A DNA stretch of 63,951 bases, filler included. It is 8 parts of 8 records of this genome, joined end to end, with 100 filler letters (N's around TTAATTAATTAA, not from the genome) between each part and the next. Parts side by side here need not be neighbours in the genome. Positions count along the whole stretch, not along the records: positions 10,292 to 32,514 come from SRR20825010_349; 7 more parts are not named here. The stretch is one strand, 5' to 3'. Shown here piece by piece: positions 20,367 to 29,048 of the stretch; positions within the stretch are counted from its first letter, which is position 1; the number at the start of each line of letters is the position of its first letter. Below the pieces are notes generated by a model, which did no database searches, was not told the DNA's origin, and saw only the letters and a program-made list of their open reading frames with translations. Position numbers and translations under genes: made by a program.

Positions 20367-21196
20367 GCGCGGATCTCGATTTTACTCCGCCGCCCGCATC
20401 TTACTTCAACGCCGGGCGGGTCCTGGCCATGGCCTTGCGCTATTTCTATCTGATGCGCGGCTCCTGGCCCCGCCTGCTGGAAATGGCCTATTGGCCAACC
20501 ATGCAGATGATCCAGTGGGGGTTTGTCACCAAATTCTTCCTCGATCAGTCGAGCTGGGTCGCCAGCGCCGCCGGCGTTCTGCTTGCCGGGGTGCTGCTCT
20601 GGGACATCCTGTTCCGGGGACAGATGGGATTCTCGCTCTGCTTTCTTGAGGAAATGTGGTCGCGCAATCTCGGCCACCTGTTCGTCAGCCCGCTCCGGCC
20701 GCATGAATTCGTGATGACACTGATGATGATGAGCCTGGTGCGCACGCTGATCGGCGCCCTGCCGCCTGCTCTGCTTGCCATCGTCTTCTACGATTTTTCG
20801 ATTTTCTCGATCGGCCCGGCATTGTTCGCCTTCATGGCCTGCCTGTTCTTCATGGCCTGGGGCATCGCCATGGCGGTGATCGGCATCATCCTGCGTTTCG
20901 GGCTTGGCGCCGAAAGCCTTGCCTGGGTGCTTGTCTTCGCCTTCGCGCCGATTTCCGCCGTTTATTATCCGGTCTCGGTAATGCCCGAATGGCTGCAGAT
21001 GGTCGCCTGGGCAACGCCATCCGCCTATGTCTTCGAAGGTATGCGCGCGGTGCTGTTCGAGGGCACCTTCCGGCTCGACCTGCTGGCAGGCGCCATGATG
21101 CTGAATGTGGTGTATTTCGTGATCGGCGCCGGGGTCTTCTGGCTCGCCTATCGCAGCGCCCGCAAGGAAGGCCGGCTGCTTCAGGTCGGCGAGTAG
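20363..21196 (+). CDS. ABC-2 type exporter permease
   Basis: Six hydrophobic segments and YYPVSVMPEWLQ...TPSAYVFEGMR. ATGA overlap with the ATPase. Confidence 0.9.
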   Translation: MSADLDFTPPPASYFNAGRVLAMALRYFYLMRGSWPRLLEMAYWPTMQMIQWGFVTKFFLDQSSWVASAAGVLLAGVLLWDILFRGQMGFSLCFLEEMWSRNLGHLFVSPLRPHEFVMTLMMMSLVRTLIGALPPALLAIVFYDFSIFSIGPALFAFMACLFFMAWGIAMAVIGIILRFGLGAESLAWVLVFAFAPISAVYYPVSVMPEWLQMVAWATPSAYVFEGMRAVLFEGTFRLDLLAGAMMLNVVYFVIGAGVFWLAYRSARKEGRLLQVGE

Positions 21197-21789
21197 AGCG
21201 GCGCCAGTTTATCCCGCAGGCCCGCCACCAGCGGATCGCCCGAGGTCATAATATAGAGCGCGGATTCGTGCAGGTTGACCAGATGCATCGCCGTCATGGT
21301 CAGCTCACGCGCCAGCAGCTGGCGATAGAGATCCTCGATCGGTACCGGCACGGTCTCGATATCCTCGGCATCATCGAAGTTAGTCTCCCCGGCGATGCGC
21401 GCGCCTACGGCAAGGAAGCTGAAACAGGTATTGGTCATCACGGCGGCGTTCGGATACATCCGGCCCGTCTGCACCCAGTGCGGAGCCTCGGCGCCGGTCT
21501 CCTCGCGCAGCTCCCGTTTCGCCGTGCCCATCGGTTCCGTCTCACCCGGATCGACAGTGCCGCTCGGCAAGCCGAATACCACCTCGCCGATACCATGCCG
21601 GTATTCCCGCACCATCAGCACCTGATGGTCCTCGGTCACCGCGACCATGTTCACCCAGTTCGGCAGCTCGATCACATGGTAGGGATCGACGATCTGACCG
21701 TGCGGCGTCTCGCATTTATCCATGCGATGGGACAGGAACCGGTCTTTATATTCGATCCGGCTGTCGAGCACGCGCCAGGGTTTCGGCAT
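21181..21789 (-). CDS. NUDIX hydrolase (ADP-ribose pyrophosphatase-like)
   Basis: Nudix box GTVDPGETEPMGTAKRELREETG; VREYRHG. Confidence 0.9.
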   Translation of the reverse strand: MPKPWRVLDSRIEYKDRFLSHRMDKCETPHGQIVDPYHVIELPNWVNMVAVTEDHQVLMVREYRHGIGEVVFGLPSGTVDPGETEPMGTAKRELREETGAEAPHWVQTGRMYPNAAVMTNTCFSFLAVGARIAGETNFDDAEDIETVPVPIEDLYRQLLARELTMTAMHLVNLHESALYIMTSGDPLVAGLRDKLAPLYSPT

Positions 21790-21805
21790 GGGAACTCCGG
21801 GAATC

Positions 21806-22840
21806 TCAGGCGGGGCCGCTGACGCCGGCATCGGCGAAAGTCGCCATACCGGTGTGACAGGCCACTGCCGATTTCAGGATACCGATGGCCAAAGCCGCGC
21901 CGGAGCCTTCGCCCAGCCGCATGCCGAGATCGAGGATCGGCTCCTTCCCGATCTTCTCCAGCAGCAGCCTGTGACCCGGCTCGGCGGAACAATGGGCGAC
22001 CTGGCAATGCTCGATACTGCGCGGATCGGCGGCATGCAGAACAGCGGCGGCGGCCGTACAGGCATAACCGTCCAGCAGAACCGGCACCCGCGCCATGCGG
22101 GCGGCCAGCACAGCGCCCGCAATTGCCGCGAGCTCAAGCCCGCCGACGGCGGCAAAGAGTTCCAGAGGGTCCTCGGTCCGCGCCTTGTGCAGGGCGACAC
22201 CATCGGCAACCGCCTTCACCTTGGCGCTGAAAGCATCGCCGGTCACCCCGGTTCCAGGCCCGGTCCAGTCTTCCGCCGTGCCGCCATAGAGCGCGTGGCA
22301 GATGGCGGCGGCGGAGGTCGAGTTGCCGATCCCCATTTCGCCGAGGCAAAGCAGATCGATGCCCGGCTCCACGCCCATCATGCCGTAGGCCATGGCCTTG
22401 GCGCAGTCGCCATTATCCATCGCCGCTTCTTCGGTGAAATCCGCCGTCGGCTGGTCGAGCGCCATCTCATAGACCCGGAGATCGGCATCGAAAAGCTGGG
22501 CCAGCTGGTTCACGGCGGCACCGCCGGAGATGAAGTTCTGCACCATCTGTGCGGTAACTTCGGCCGGATAGGCGGAGACGCCCTTGGCCGTGACCCCGTG
22601 ATTGGCGGCAAAAACGCAGATCCGGGGATGCTCGACGGTCGGCGGATATTTGCCCTGCCAGGCCGCGAGCCAGCGCGTCAGCTCCTCAAGCCGACCAAGC
22701 GAGCCGGAGGGCTTGGTCAGTTGCGTCTCGCGGCTGACCGCCGCGGTACCTGACTCAAGGTCTGCCGGCGGCAAGGCGCGGAACAGGCCGCGGATCTCGT
22801 CGAAGGTCGCATTCTCGGGCGAAAAACGTTCGTCGCTCAT
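21806..22840 (-). CDS. cobT: Nicotinate-nucleotide--dimethylbenzimidazole phosphoribosyltransferase
   Basis: LTKPSGSLGRLE, FAANHGV, GEMGIGNSTSAAA, GPGTG, LGMRLGEGSGA and MATF motifs. Confidence 0.96.
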   Translation of the reverse strand: MSDERFSPENATFDEIRGLFRALPPADLESGTAAVSRETQLTKPSGSLGRLEELTRWLAAWQGKYPPTVEHPRICVFAANHGVTAKGVSAYPAEVTAQMVQNFISGGAAVNQLAQLFDADLRVYEMALDQPTADFTEEAAMDNGDCAKAMAYGMMGVEPGIDLLCLGEMGIGNSTSAAAICHALYGGTAEDWTGPGTGVTGDAFSAKVKAVADGVALHKARTEDPLELFAAVGGLELAAIAGAVLAARMARVPVLLDGYACTAAAAVLHAADPRSIEHCQVAHCSAEPGHRLLLEKIGKEPILDLGMRLGEGSGAALAIGILKSAVACHTGMATFADAGVSGPA

Positions 22841-22985
22841 GGATCATCACAGGGAACTGTTCTTTGGAATGCCGCCCCCTATACAGGCGATCAGCGCCAA
22901 TGCATAGTCCGAGGGAGGGGCATAGTCCGGGAGCGACGCTTGGAGACGCCGCACAACGGATTAGTACGACGGGATTCTGACAGTC

Positions 22986-23801
22986 ATGGCGAGCGAAAAA
23001 CCGGCTTCGGTCTGGCGCCCCTGGTGGGTGGACGACCTGCTCCACGCCCTGATGTTCCTGACCCGGCTGCCGGTTCCGGCGCCCGCGCGCGGTGACCGGC
23101 CGCTGATGCATACAGGCTGGGCCTTTCCGCTGGTCGGGCTGCTGGTCGGGGCAGTTGGCGGCGGCACGCTCTGGCTCGGCGCCCATGCCGGAATTCCTCT
23201 GCTCGCAGCCGCTCTGATCGCCCTCGCCCTGACCGCTTTCCTGACCGGCGCGTTACATGAAGACGGGCTTGCCGATCTGGCCGACGGGTTCGGCGGTGGC
23301 GGCACGAAAGAGCGGAAAATCGAGATCATGCGGGACAGCCGGGTCGGCTCCTACGGCGTGCTGTCCCTCGTCATCGCCACCGGGATCAAGGCCGCCTGCC
23401 TCGCCAACCTCGCCATTGCCGCGCCATGGCTTGCCGCGTTTGGCCTGATGGCGGCGCATGTTCTGGGACGGACCGCCATTCTGCCGATTGCCTATTGCCT
23501 TGCCCCCGCAACCGCGACCGGCCTCGGCAGCGGCGCCGGCCGGGCAAAACCGGTGACCACCGGCCTTTGCCTTGCGCTCGGGACGTTGCTGTCCTTCGCC
23601 CTGCTGCCGGGAACAGGCTTCATCGCCGCCCTTGCCGCCACAGCGCTGGCCGGAGGCGCCACAGCACTACTCGCGAAGCGGCAGATCGGCGGCTATACCG
23701 GCGATGTGCTGGGGGGAAGCGAGCAGATCGTCGAATGTTTCGTCCTGATTGCACTGACCATGCTCCCGGCGGGCGCGGCCGGTTTCGGCTGGCCCGGATG
23801 A
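22986..23801 (+). CDS. cobS: Adenosylcobinamide-GDP ribazoletransferase (cobalamin synthase)
   Basis: FLTRLP, TGALHEDGLADLADG, IMRDSRVGSYG and GGYTGDVLG motifs. Confidence 0.96.
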   Translation: MASEKPASVWRPWWVDDLLHALMFLTRLPVPAPARGDRPLMHTGWAFPLVGLLVGAVGGGTLWLGAHAGIPLLAAALIALALTAFLTGALHEDGLADLADGFGGGGTKERKIEIMRDSRVGSYGVLSLVIATGIKAACLANLAIAAPWLAAFGLMAAHVLGRTAILPIAYCLAPATATGLGSGAGRAKPVTTGLCLALGTLLSFALLPGTGFIAALAATALAGGATALLAKRQIGGYTGDVLGGSEQIVECFVLIALTMLPAGAAGFGWPG

Positions 23802-24427
23802 CACCGACCCGCTGGCATCTGCTCCGCCATGCTCCGGCAGCGGTCGAAAAGGGCACTATCTACGGACGCACGGATGTACCCGCACGGCCTCAGGACCCCG
23901 CACTTCTGAAGCAGATCGCGGCACAGCTTCCTCAATCGGCTCTCCGCGTCACCACACCGCTGCGCCGCACAGGCGAGACGGCGGAGATGCTGGAAAAAGC
24001 AGGCTGGGCGCCGGGTGAGCGGATCGTGGAGGCCGGTTTCGCGGAGCAGGATTTCGGCGCGTGGGAGGGCAACACACACGATGCTCTGGCCCGCGAAAAC
24101 ACGTCAGATTATGCACATTTCTGGGACAATCCGGCGCAAAACAGGCCCCCGGACGGTGAAAGTTTCGCCGATCTGATGACACGCGCCTCCGCCGCCCTTG
24201 CCGCTCTGACAGAGGCGCATCCGGCCCGGGACATCGTGCTGATCGGCCATGGCGGCTCGATCCGGGCCATTGTCGCGGCGATCCTCGGCCTCACGCCGGA
24301 GAACGCGCTGGCGCTGGAAATCGCGCCGCTTTCCCTCTGCCTCGCCGATCATGCGGGAACCGAACAGGCCGCCGGCGCGTTATCTCCCTGGAAAGTGCGC
24401 GGACTCAACATCAGGGCCGGCATTTAA
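23798..24427 (+). CDS. Histidine phosphatase (CobC-like alpha-ribazole phosphatase)
   Basis: LLRHA, EQDFGAWEG, PPDGESF and HGGSIRA motifs. ATGA-coupled to cobS. Confidence 0.85.
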   Translation: MTPTRWHLLRHAPAAVEKGTIYGRTDVPARPQDPALLKQIAAQLPQSALRVTTPLRRTGETAEMLEKAGWAPGERIVEAGFAEQDFGAWEGNTHDALARENTSDYAHFWDNPAQNRPPDGESFADLMTRASAALAALTEAHPARDIVLIGHGGSIRAIVAAILGLTPENALALEIAPLSLCLADHAGTEQAAGALSPWKVRGLNIRAGI

Positions 24428-24481
24428 GCTAACAACGCGGGCATCACGCCCCATCTATGAGACGCCCAGCACGGCCACGCC

Positions 24482-25165
24482 ATGAGGAGATCAGGCATGC
24501 GGTACGGTTTTTTTGCAGCGATCCTTTTCGCGACAGCTCTTTTCGGACCCGCCGCACGGGCGGAAGACGCCTCGATGACGGTGGAGCGGGCCCGGACAAC
24601 CCTGCGCGATCTGACCAGTGATCCGAATGTGGTCGGCCCGGTGAAGGATTATCTGAAGCGCGCCAAGGGCGTGTTCATCATTCCTCAGCTGGTCAAGGCC
24701 GGCTTCGTGGTCGGCGGCGAATATGGCGAGGGCGTGCTGCTCTCCCGCAACGGCCCCGGCGACTGGAGCGGTCCGGCTTTCTATTCGCTGACGGCGGGCA
24801 GCATCGGCCTGCAGATCGGCGTCGAAGCGAAGCAGGTCCTGCTGGTCGTCATGACCGAAAAGGGCATGAACTCGCTGATGAGCGACCAGGTGAAATTCGG
24901 CGCCGATGCCAGCATCGCCGTCGGCCCGATCGGCGGCGGCGTTGGCGCCTCCAGCTCCGGCTCGCTCGGTGCGGACTTCATCGCCTTCGCCAAATCCAAG
25001 GGCCTGTTCGCTGGCGGCGCCTTCGACGGCGCGGTGATCCAGACCCAGCCGGAGAAGAATGAGACGTTTTACCGCACCGCCGCGTCACCCAAGCAAATCC
25101 TGCTCGAACGCCGCTTTACCGCGGACGAGGCGAAGTCATTGCGCGAGACGCTCTCGCAATTCTAG
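24482..25165 (+). CDS. Lipid-binding SYLF/Ysc84-domain protein, secreted
   Basis: Signal peptide; KAGFVVGGEYGEGVL, WSGPAF, GSIGLQIG and SKGLFAG. Confidence 0.88.
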   Translation: MRRSGMRYGFFAAILFATALFGPAARAEDASMTVERARTTLRDLTSDPNVVGPVKDYLKRAKGVFIIPQLVKAGFVVGGEYGEGVLLSRNGPGDWSGPAFYSLTAGSIGLQIGVEAKQVLLVVMTEKGMNSLMSDQVKFGADASIAVGPIGGGVGASSSGSLGADFIAFAKSKGLFAGGAFDGAVIQTQPEKNETFYRTAASPKQILLERRFTADEAKSLRETLSQF

Positions 25166-25252
25166 AGCGGTGCCGCCATATTCGAATGATTGAATTCTCA
25201 ACGTCCCCTCCGCCCACCGGCGGAAGGGACGCACGGAAACCGGATCTCGAAT

Positions 25253-25861
25253 ATGACCAGACGGACCTTCTTCTTCCTCGTCGGCTTTCTCTGCCTCGCC
25301 CTCGCAGGCTCGATCGGCGCCGGCTACTGGATCGTCAGCGGCGGCCGGATCAGCGGCCAGGAGAGCACGGCCAATCTGGTCGGCGGGCCGTTCAGCCTGA
25401 CCGACGAGACCGGCGCGACGCTGACGAACGAGGACCTTGAGGGCCGCTACATGATGGTCTTCTTCGGCTACACCTATTGCCCGGATGTCTGCCCGACGAC
25501 GCTGACCGTGATGACCCAGGCGCTCGACATGCTGGACCCGAAGGTGGCCGAGCAGGTCGAGCCGGTCTTCATCACCATCGATCCGGCGCGGGACACGTCC
25601 AGGGCGCTGGGCGCCTACAGCGAGCATTTCCACGACAAGATCCATTACCTGACCGGCACACAGGAGCAGATCGCGTCTGTCGCCAAGGCCTACCGGGTGT
25701 TCTACCAGAAGGTCGAGAGCGAGGATTTCAGCGACTATCTGATGGACCATTCCACCATCACCTATCTGATGGGTCCGGACGGCCGCTATGTCAGCCATTT
25801 CGGCTTCAATGCGGAGCCTGAAGAGATCGCGAAAGACCTGACCAGGCGCATTGCGGGCTGA
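25253..25861 (+). CDS. SCO1/SenC copper chaperone
   Basis: N-terminal TM helix, GGPFSLTD, FFGYTYCPDVCP (CxxxC) and YLMDHS. Confidence 0.94.
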   Translation: MTRRTFFFLVGFLCLALAGSIGAGYWIVSGGRISGQESTANLVGGPFSLTDETGATLTNEDLEGRYMMVFFGYTYCPDVCPTTLTVMTQALDMLDPKVAEQVEPVFITIDPARDTSRALGAYSEHFHDKIHYLTGTQEQIASVAKAYRVFYQKVESEDFSDYLMDHSTITYLMGPDGRYVSHFGFNAEPEEIAKDLTRRIAG

Positions 25862-25977
25862 CGCCGTAAGCGCACGGCAGTTCTTCCGCATCGTGGTGCC
25901 GACCTCGCTTGAATGGAATCCCGCGCGCGATTAAGATCCGGCTTCCTTCCGTCCTTCAATCCCCAAGGAGAGCGCGC

Positions 25978-26904
25978 ATGAGCACGAGCCCGCGCATCAA
26001 GGGTGTCATGGCCGCCGGCCTGACCGCCTTCAACGATGATCTTTCGGTCGATATCGACCTTACCCTCGACCATACAAGCTGGCTGCTGGACAGCGGCTGC
26101 GACGGTGTGCTGCTGTTCGGCACCACCGGCGAAGCCAACTCGCTGTCCGTCGCCGAACGGCTGACCTTCCTCGAAAAGCTCGGCGCGTCCGATCTGCCGA
26201 AGGACAAGCTGATGATCGGCACCGGCTGCTGCGCCCTGCCGGACACGGTTGCGCTGACCAAGGCTTCCCTCGATATCGGTATCGAGCATGTCCTGATGCT
26301 GCCGCCGTTCTATTACAAGAACCCGAGCGACGAAGGCCTGTTCACGCACTTCTCCCGCACCTTCGAAGCCATCGGCAGCGATGCGATGAAGGTCTATCTC
26401 TATCACTTCCCGCAGATGTCCGCGGTGCCGTTCAGCCATGAGCTGATCGCCCGCCTGCTGAAGGAATTCCCGAACACTGTCTGCGGTATCAAGGACAGCT
26501 CCGGCGATTTCGAGAACATGAAGGCGATGGCCGAAAAGTTCCCGGGCTTCGACGTCTTCGCGGGCACCGAGCGCTATCTGCTCGACACCCTGAAGGCCGG
26601 CGGCGTCGGCACCATCACCGCGACGGGCAACGTCACGGTCGGCGGTTGCGCCAAGGTCTTTGCCGCCTGGAAAGCCGGCTCTGCCGATGCCGACGCGCTG
26701 CAGGACCAGCTCACCCGTGAGCGTCTGACCCTGCAGAACTATCCGGCAGCCGCCGCGCTGAAGGAACTGCTGGCGAAGAACAGCGGCAATGCAAGCTGGC
26801 GCAATGTCCGCGCCCCGTTCATGCCGCTCCCGGCCGAAAAAGCCGCCTCGCTCGTCTCCGAGCTGGACGCCGTGAACTTCGCCCTTCCGGCGAAAGCCGC
26901 TTAA
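25978..26904 (+). CDS. Dihydrodipicolinate synthase (DapA/NAL) family aldolase
   Basis: LFGTTGEANSLS, PPFYYK, YLYHFPQMS and GIKDSSGD motifs. AGGAG RBS before ATG 25978. Confidence 0.9.
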   Translation: MSTSPRIKGVMAAGLTAFNDDLSVDIDLTLDHTSWLLDSGCDGVLLFGTTGEANSLSVAERLTFLEKLGASDLPKDKLMIGTGCCALPDTVALTKASLDIGIEHVLMLPPFYYKNPSDEGLFTHFSRTFEAIGSDAMKVYLYHFPQMSAVPFSHELIARLLKEFPNTVCGIKDSSGDFENMKAMAEKFPGFDVFAGTERYLLDTLKAGGVGTITATGNVTVGGCAKVFAAWKAGSADADALQDQLTRERLTLQNYPAAAALKELLAKNSGNASWRNVRAPFMPLPAEKAASLVSELDAVNFALPAKAA

Positions 26905-26926
26905 GCCAAGCGACCATCTGATCAGG

Positions 26927-26964
26927 AAAGCGCTCCGGGTTCCGCCCGGGGCGCTTTTTCTTTT
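26927..26964 (+). terminator. Intrinsic terminator
   Basis: AAAGCGCTCCGGG-TTCCG-CCCGGGGCGCTTTTTCTTTT after the DapA-family stop. Confidence 0.85.
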
Positions 26965-27041
26965 GAGGTATCATCTCAGAACACAGACGATTGACCGGTT
27001 GTGCTCGATGACATAGCGTTCTCGCAAAAGGGGAAAGCGCG

Positions 27042-27386
27042 ATGTCGCATGATAATTTGGATGCCGCCTCCGACCAAGAAGTGCCGGTTTACGCTCCCAC
27101 CCATTCACCGGTTGCTTATGCCGATACAGTAACCAGCTTTGCCCACACGAGTGAGGTAGCGAAATTTTATTTCGCTCGGTTTGATCCGAGCGCCAATGGT
27201 GTTGGGCCCAGAAAGACGGAAATCGTTGCGCAAGTTGTGATGCCCTTAGAGTCATTTGTCGGAATGACCCTCTTTTTTCAAGAAATGTTAGAAGTTGTTA
27301 AAGAGCGCGGTGCGATTACCGACGAGAAAATCCAGCAGCTGCAAGATGTTTTGGACTCTCCCGAGGCGGTGAAGGTGGATGACTAA
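27042..27386 (+). CDS. Hypothetical protein, low-GC islet gene 1 (DUF3467-like pattern)
   Basis: 114-aa ORF with a purine-rich RBS. The pattern YADTV...FYFARF...VAQVVMPLESF followed by a helix resembles small DUF3467-like proteins by eye only. Confidence 0.6.
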   Translation: MSHDNLDAASDQEVPVYAPTHSPVAYADTVTSFAHTSEVAKFYFARFDPSANGVGPRKTEIVAQVVMPLESFVGMTLFFQEMLEVVKERGAITDEKIQQLQDVLDSPEAVKVDD

Positions 27387-27999
27387 GCCCATTGAGACGG
27401 ATGGCAATGTGGTCTACTTCAACCCCAATCCTAGGGGTACAGATGACTTTAATCGAGCGGTGACAAACGCCGCCTCTGTAGCGATCTCTAGCCCCGTCCC
27501 TTCGATCAGCGGTGAATGGTTGAAGATTAATAAGGGAAATGATTTTAAGGGCGCACCATCTTATAAAGGCGCAGGTGGAAAGAATGCCAAAAATCAGGGC
27601 AAAACTAACCAAAAGCCTGATGATGGTGGAAAGCGGAGTGGAGGTCCCATGGACTCCGAAACCAAGACGTATATCGACGCGAAGACCGAAGCTACGCGCG
27701 CGCAGAACGATGCGCGGTTCGCAGATGTTAGAGCGGATATCGCTACGCTAATCTCAAAAGTGGATGCAGCCCCGACAAAACAAACGCTATGGAGCGCCGT
27801 TGGTGTGACTGTTGGCGTTCTCTTAGCCGCATTCGCAATTGCGGGGGATCGCTTCGACGGTGGAGTAGGTCTCGCTAGTCTATCCGTACAGCAAGCTGAA
27901 GACGCGAAACGCATTTCTGCCGGAAACTCCGAGCGTATGGATGAGATTGACCAAAAGTTAGATGTTCTCATTCGCCTGATTGGGAATCAAAAGCAGTAA
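27379..27999 (+). CDS. Hypothetical coiled-coil / single-TM protein, low-GC islet gene 2 (alternative start 27649)
   Basis: Overlaps gene 1 by 8 nt. Disordered N-half, then coiled coil MDSETKTYIDAKTEATRAQNDARFADVRADI, TM segment LWSAVGVTVGVLLAAFAIAG and a second coiled coil. Confidence 0.6.
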   Translation: MTKPIETDGNVVYFNPNPRGTDDFNRAVTNAASVAISSPVPSISGEWLKINKGNDFKGAPSYKGAGGKNAKNQGKTNQKPDDGGKRSGGPMDSETKTYIDAKTEATRAQNDARFADVRADIATLISKVDAAPTKQTLWSAVGVTVGVLLAAFAIAGDRFDGGVGLASLSVQQAEDAKRISAGNSERMDEIDQKLDVLIRLIGNQKQ

Positions 28000-28083
28000 T
28001 GACGCTGCTTCGTGAAGCTCGCAGAAAAGGCGCAATTAATCAGTTCATCGCGGAGCATGAAAAAATACTCCGGGTGATCTACT

Positions 28084-29004
28084 TCACCGCGCCCGGCGTC
28101 CGATATTCACCAGAACCATCGAGGTGAAGACGCAGCCGACGGCGGCCCAGATCCAGGCGGAATGAATCTCGCCGAAGATGATCCAGCCCCAGAACAGCCC
28201 GAACAGGGTCACGACGTAGGACACCAGGCTGAGGAACACCGGCCCGGCCCGTTTCAGGACCTCGAAATACAGGATATAGGCGACGGACGAGATGCAGATC
28301 TGCCCCAGCATGGCGAAGTCGGTCGGGCCGGGGTTGGCCATCAGCGGATAAAACCCGTCCACCGCCAGCATCAGCGGAAGTGTCGCGAGAGACGCCACGA
28401 TCAGCATGCCCCGCGCCGCTGCCAGCGAATGCGTGCCGTCCGGCCGCATCCGGTCGCTGAAGATGCCGCTGCAGGCATAGAATGCCGGGGTCAGGAAGGC
28501 GATCAGCACCCAGGGCACCATCTCCGGCGACGGCAGGCTGGTTTTCGGCAGCACCATCAGCAGGGCGCCGATCAGCCCGATGCAAATGCCCACCGCGCTG
28601 GTCCAGCGGAAGCCCTCGATCCGGAAGGCCACGGCCAGCACATAGCCGAGCACGGGCACGGTCGAAACCACCGTGCTCATCACGCCCGCCGGAATATATT
28701 TCGCTGTCGTAATGATATTGATGTTCGGCAGCACAAGGCCGATCACCGCCGCACCGGCGAAGAACACCAGATGGCCCCGGCTCAGGTCGAACGGGATGCC
28801 CTTGCGATAGCAGACCAGCGTCAAAAACAGCGCCGCGCCGGTGGATTGCATCCAGGCATAGGCAAAGGGATGCACGCCGCCCATCGCCGCCACTTTCGAG
28901 AGCGAGAAGGACAGGCCCCAGAGACCGCCGAGCCCGACCAGCATGATGGCCGGGGCGATCAGGCCCGGATCGATCAGACCGGTTCCTGTCTTTTGATCGG
29001 ACAT
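28084..29004 (-). CDS. DMT/EamA-family transporter
   Basis: About 10 TM helices; WGLSFSLSK, YILYFEVLKRAGP and GWIIFGE. Confidence 0.9.
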   Translation of the reverse strand: MSDQKTGTGLIDPGLIAPAIMLVGLGGLWGLSFSLSKVAAMGGVHPFAYAWMQSTGAALFLTLVCYRKGIPFDLSRGHLVFFAGAAVIGLVLPNINIITTAKYIPAGVMSTVVSTVPVLGYVLAVAFRIEGFRWTSAVGICIGLIGALLMVLPKTSLPSPEMVPWVLIAFLTPAFYACSGIFSDRMRPDGTHSLAAARGMLIVASLATLPLMLAVDGFYPLMANPGPTDFAMLGQICISSVAYILYFEVLKRAGPVFLSLVSYVVTLFGLFWGWIIFGEIHSAWIWAAVGCVFTSMVLVNIGRRAR

Positions 29005-29048
29005 GCTTTATCCCCGCTGGAGGTTTGCCCCGGTAAGAGTCTGGTGCC

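Noticed and set aside
21806..24427. cobT/cobS/cobC-like cluster as a novel system, or a cobalamin riboswitch in the divergent gap
   Set aside because: These are standard nucleotide-loop assembly genes, and no B12-box was recognisable in the 145-nt gap.
25190..25201. TTGA-ATTC-TCAA as an FNR/FixK box before SCO
   Set aside because: The spacing is 2 nt shorter than TTGAT-N4-ATCAA.
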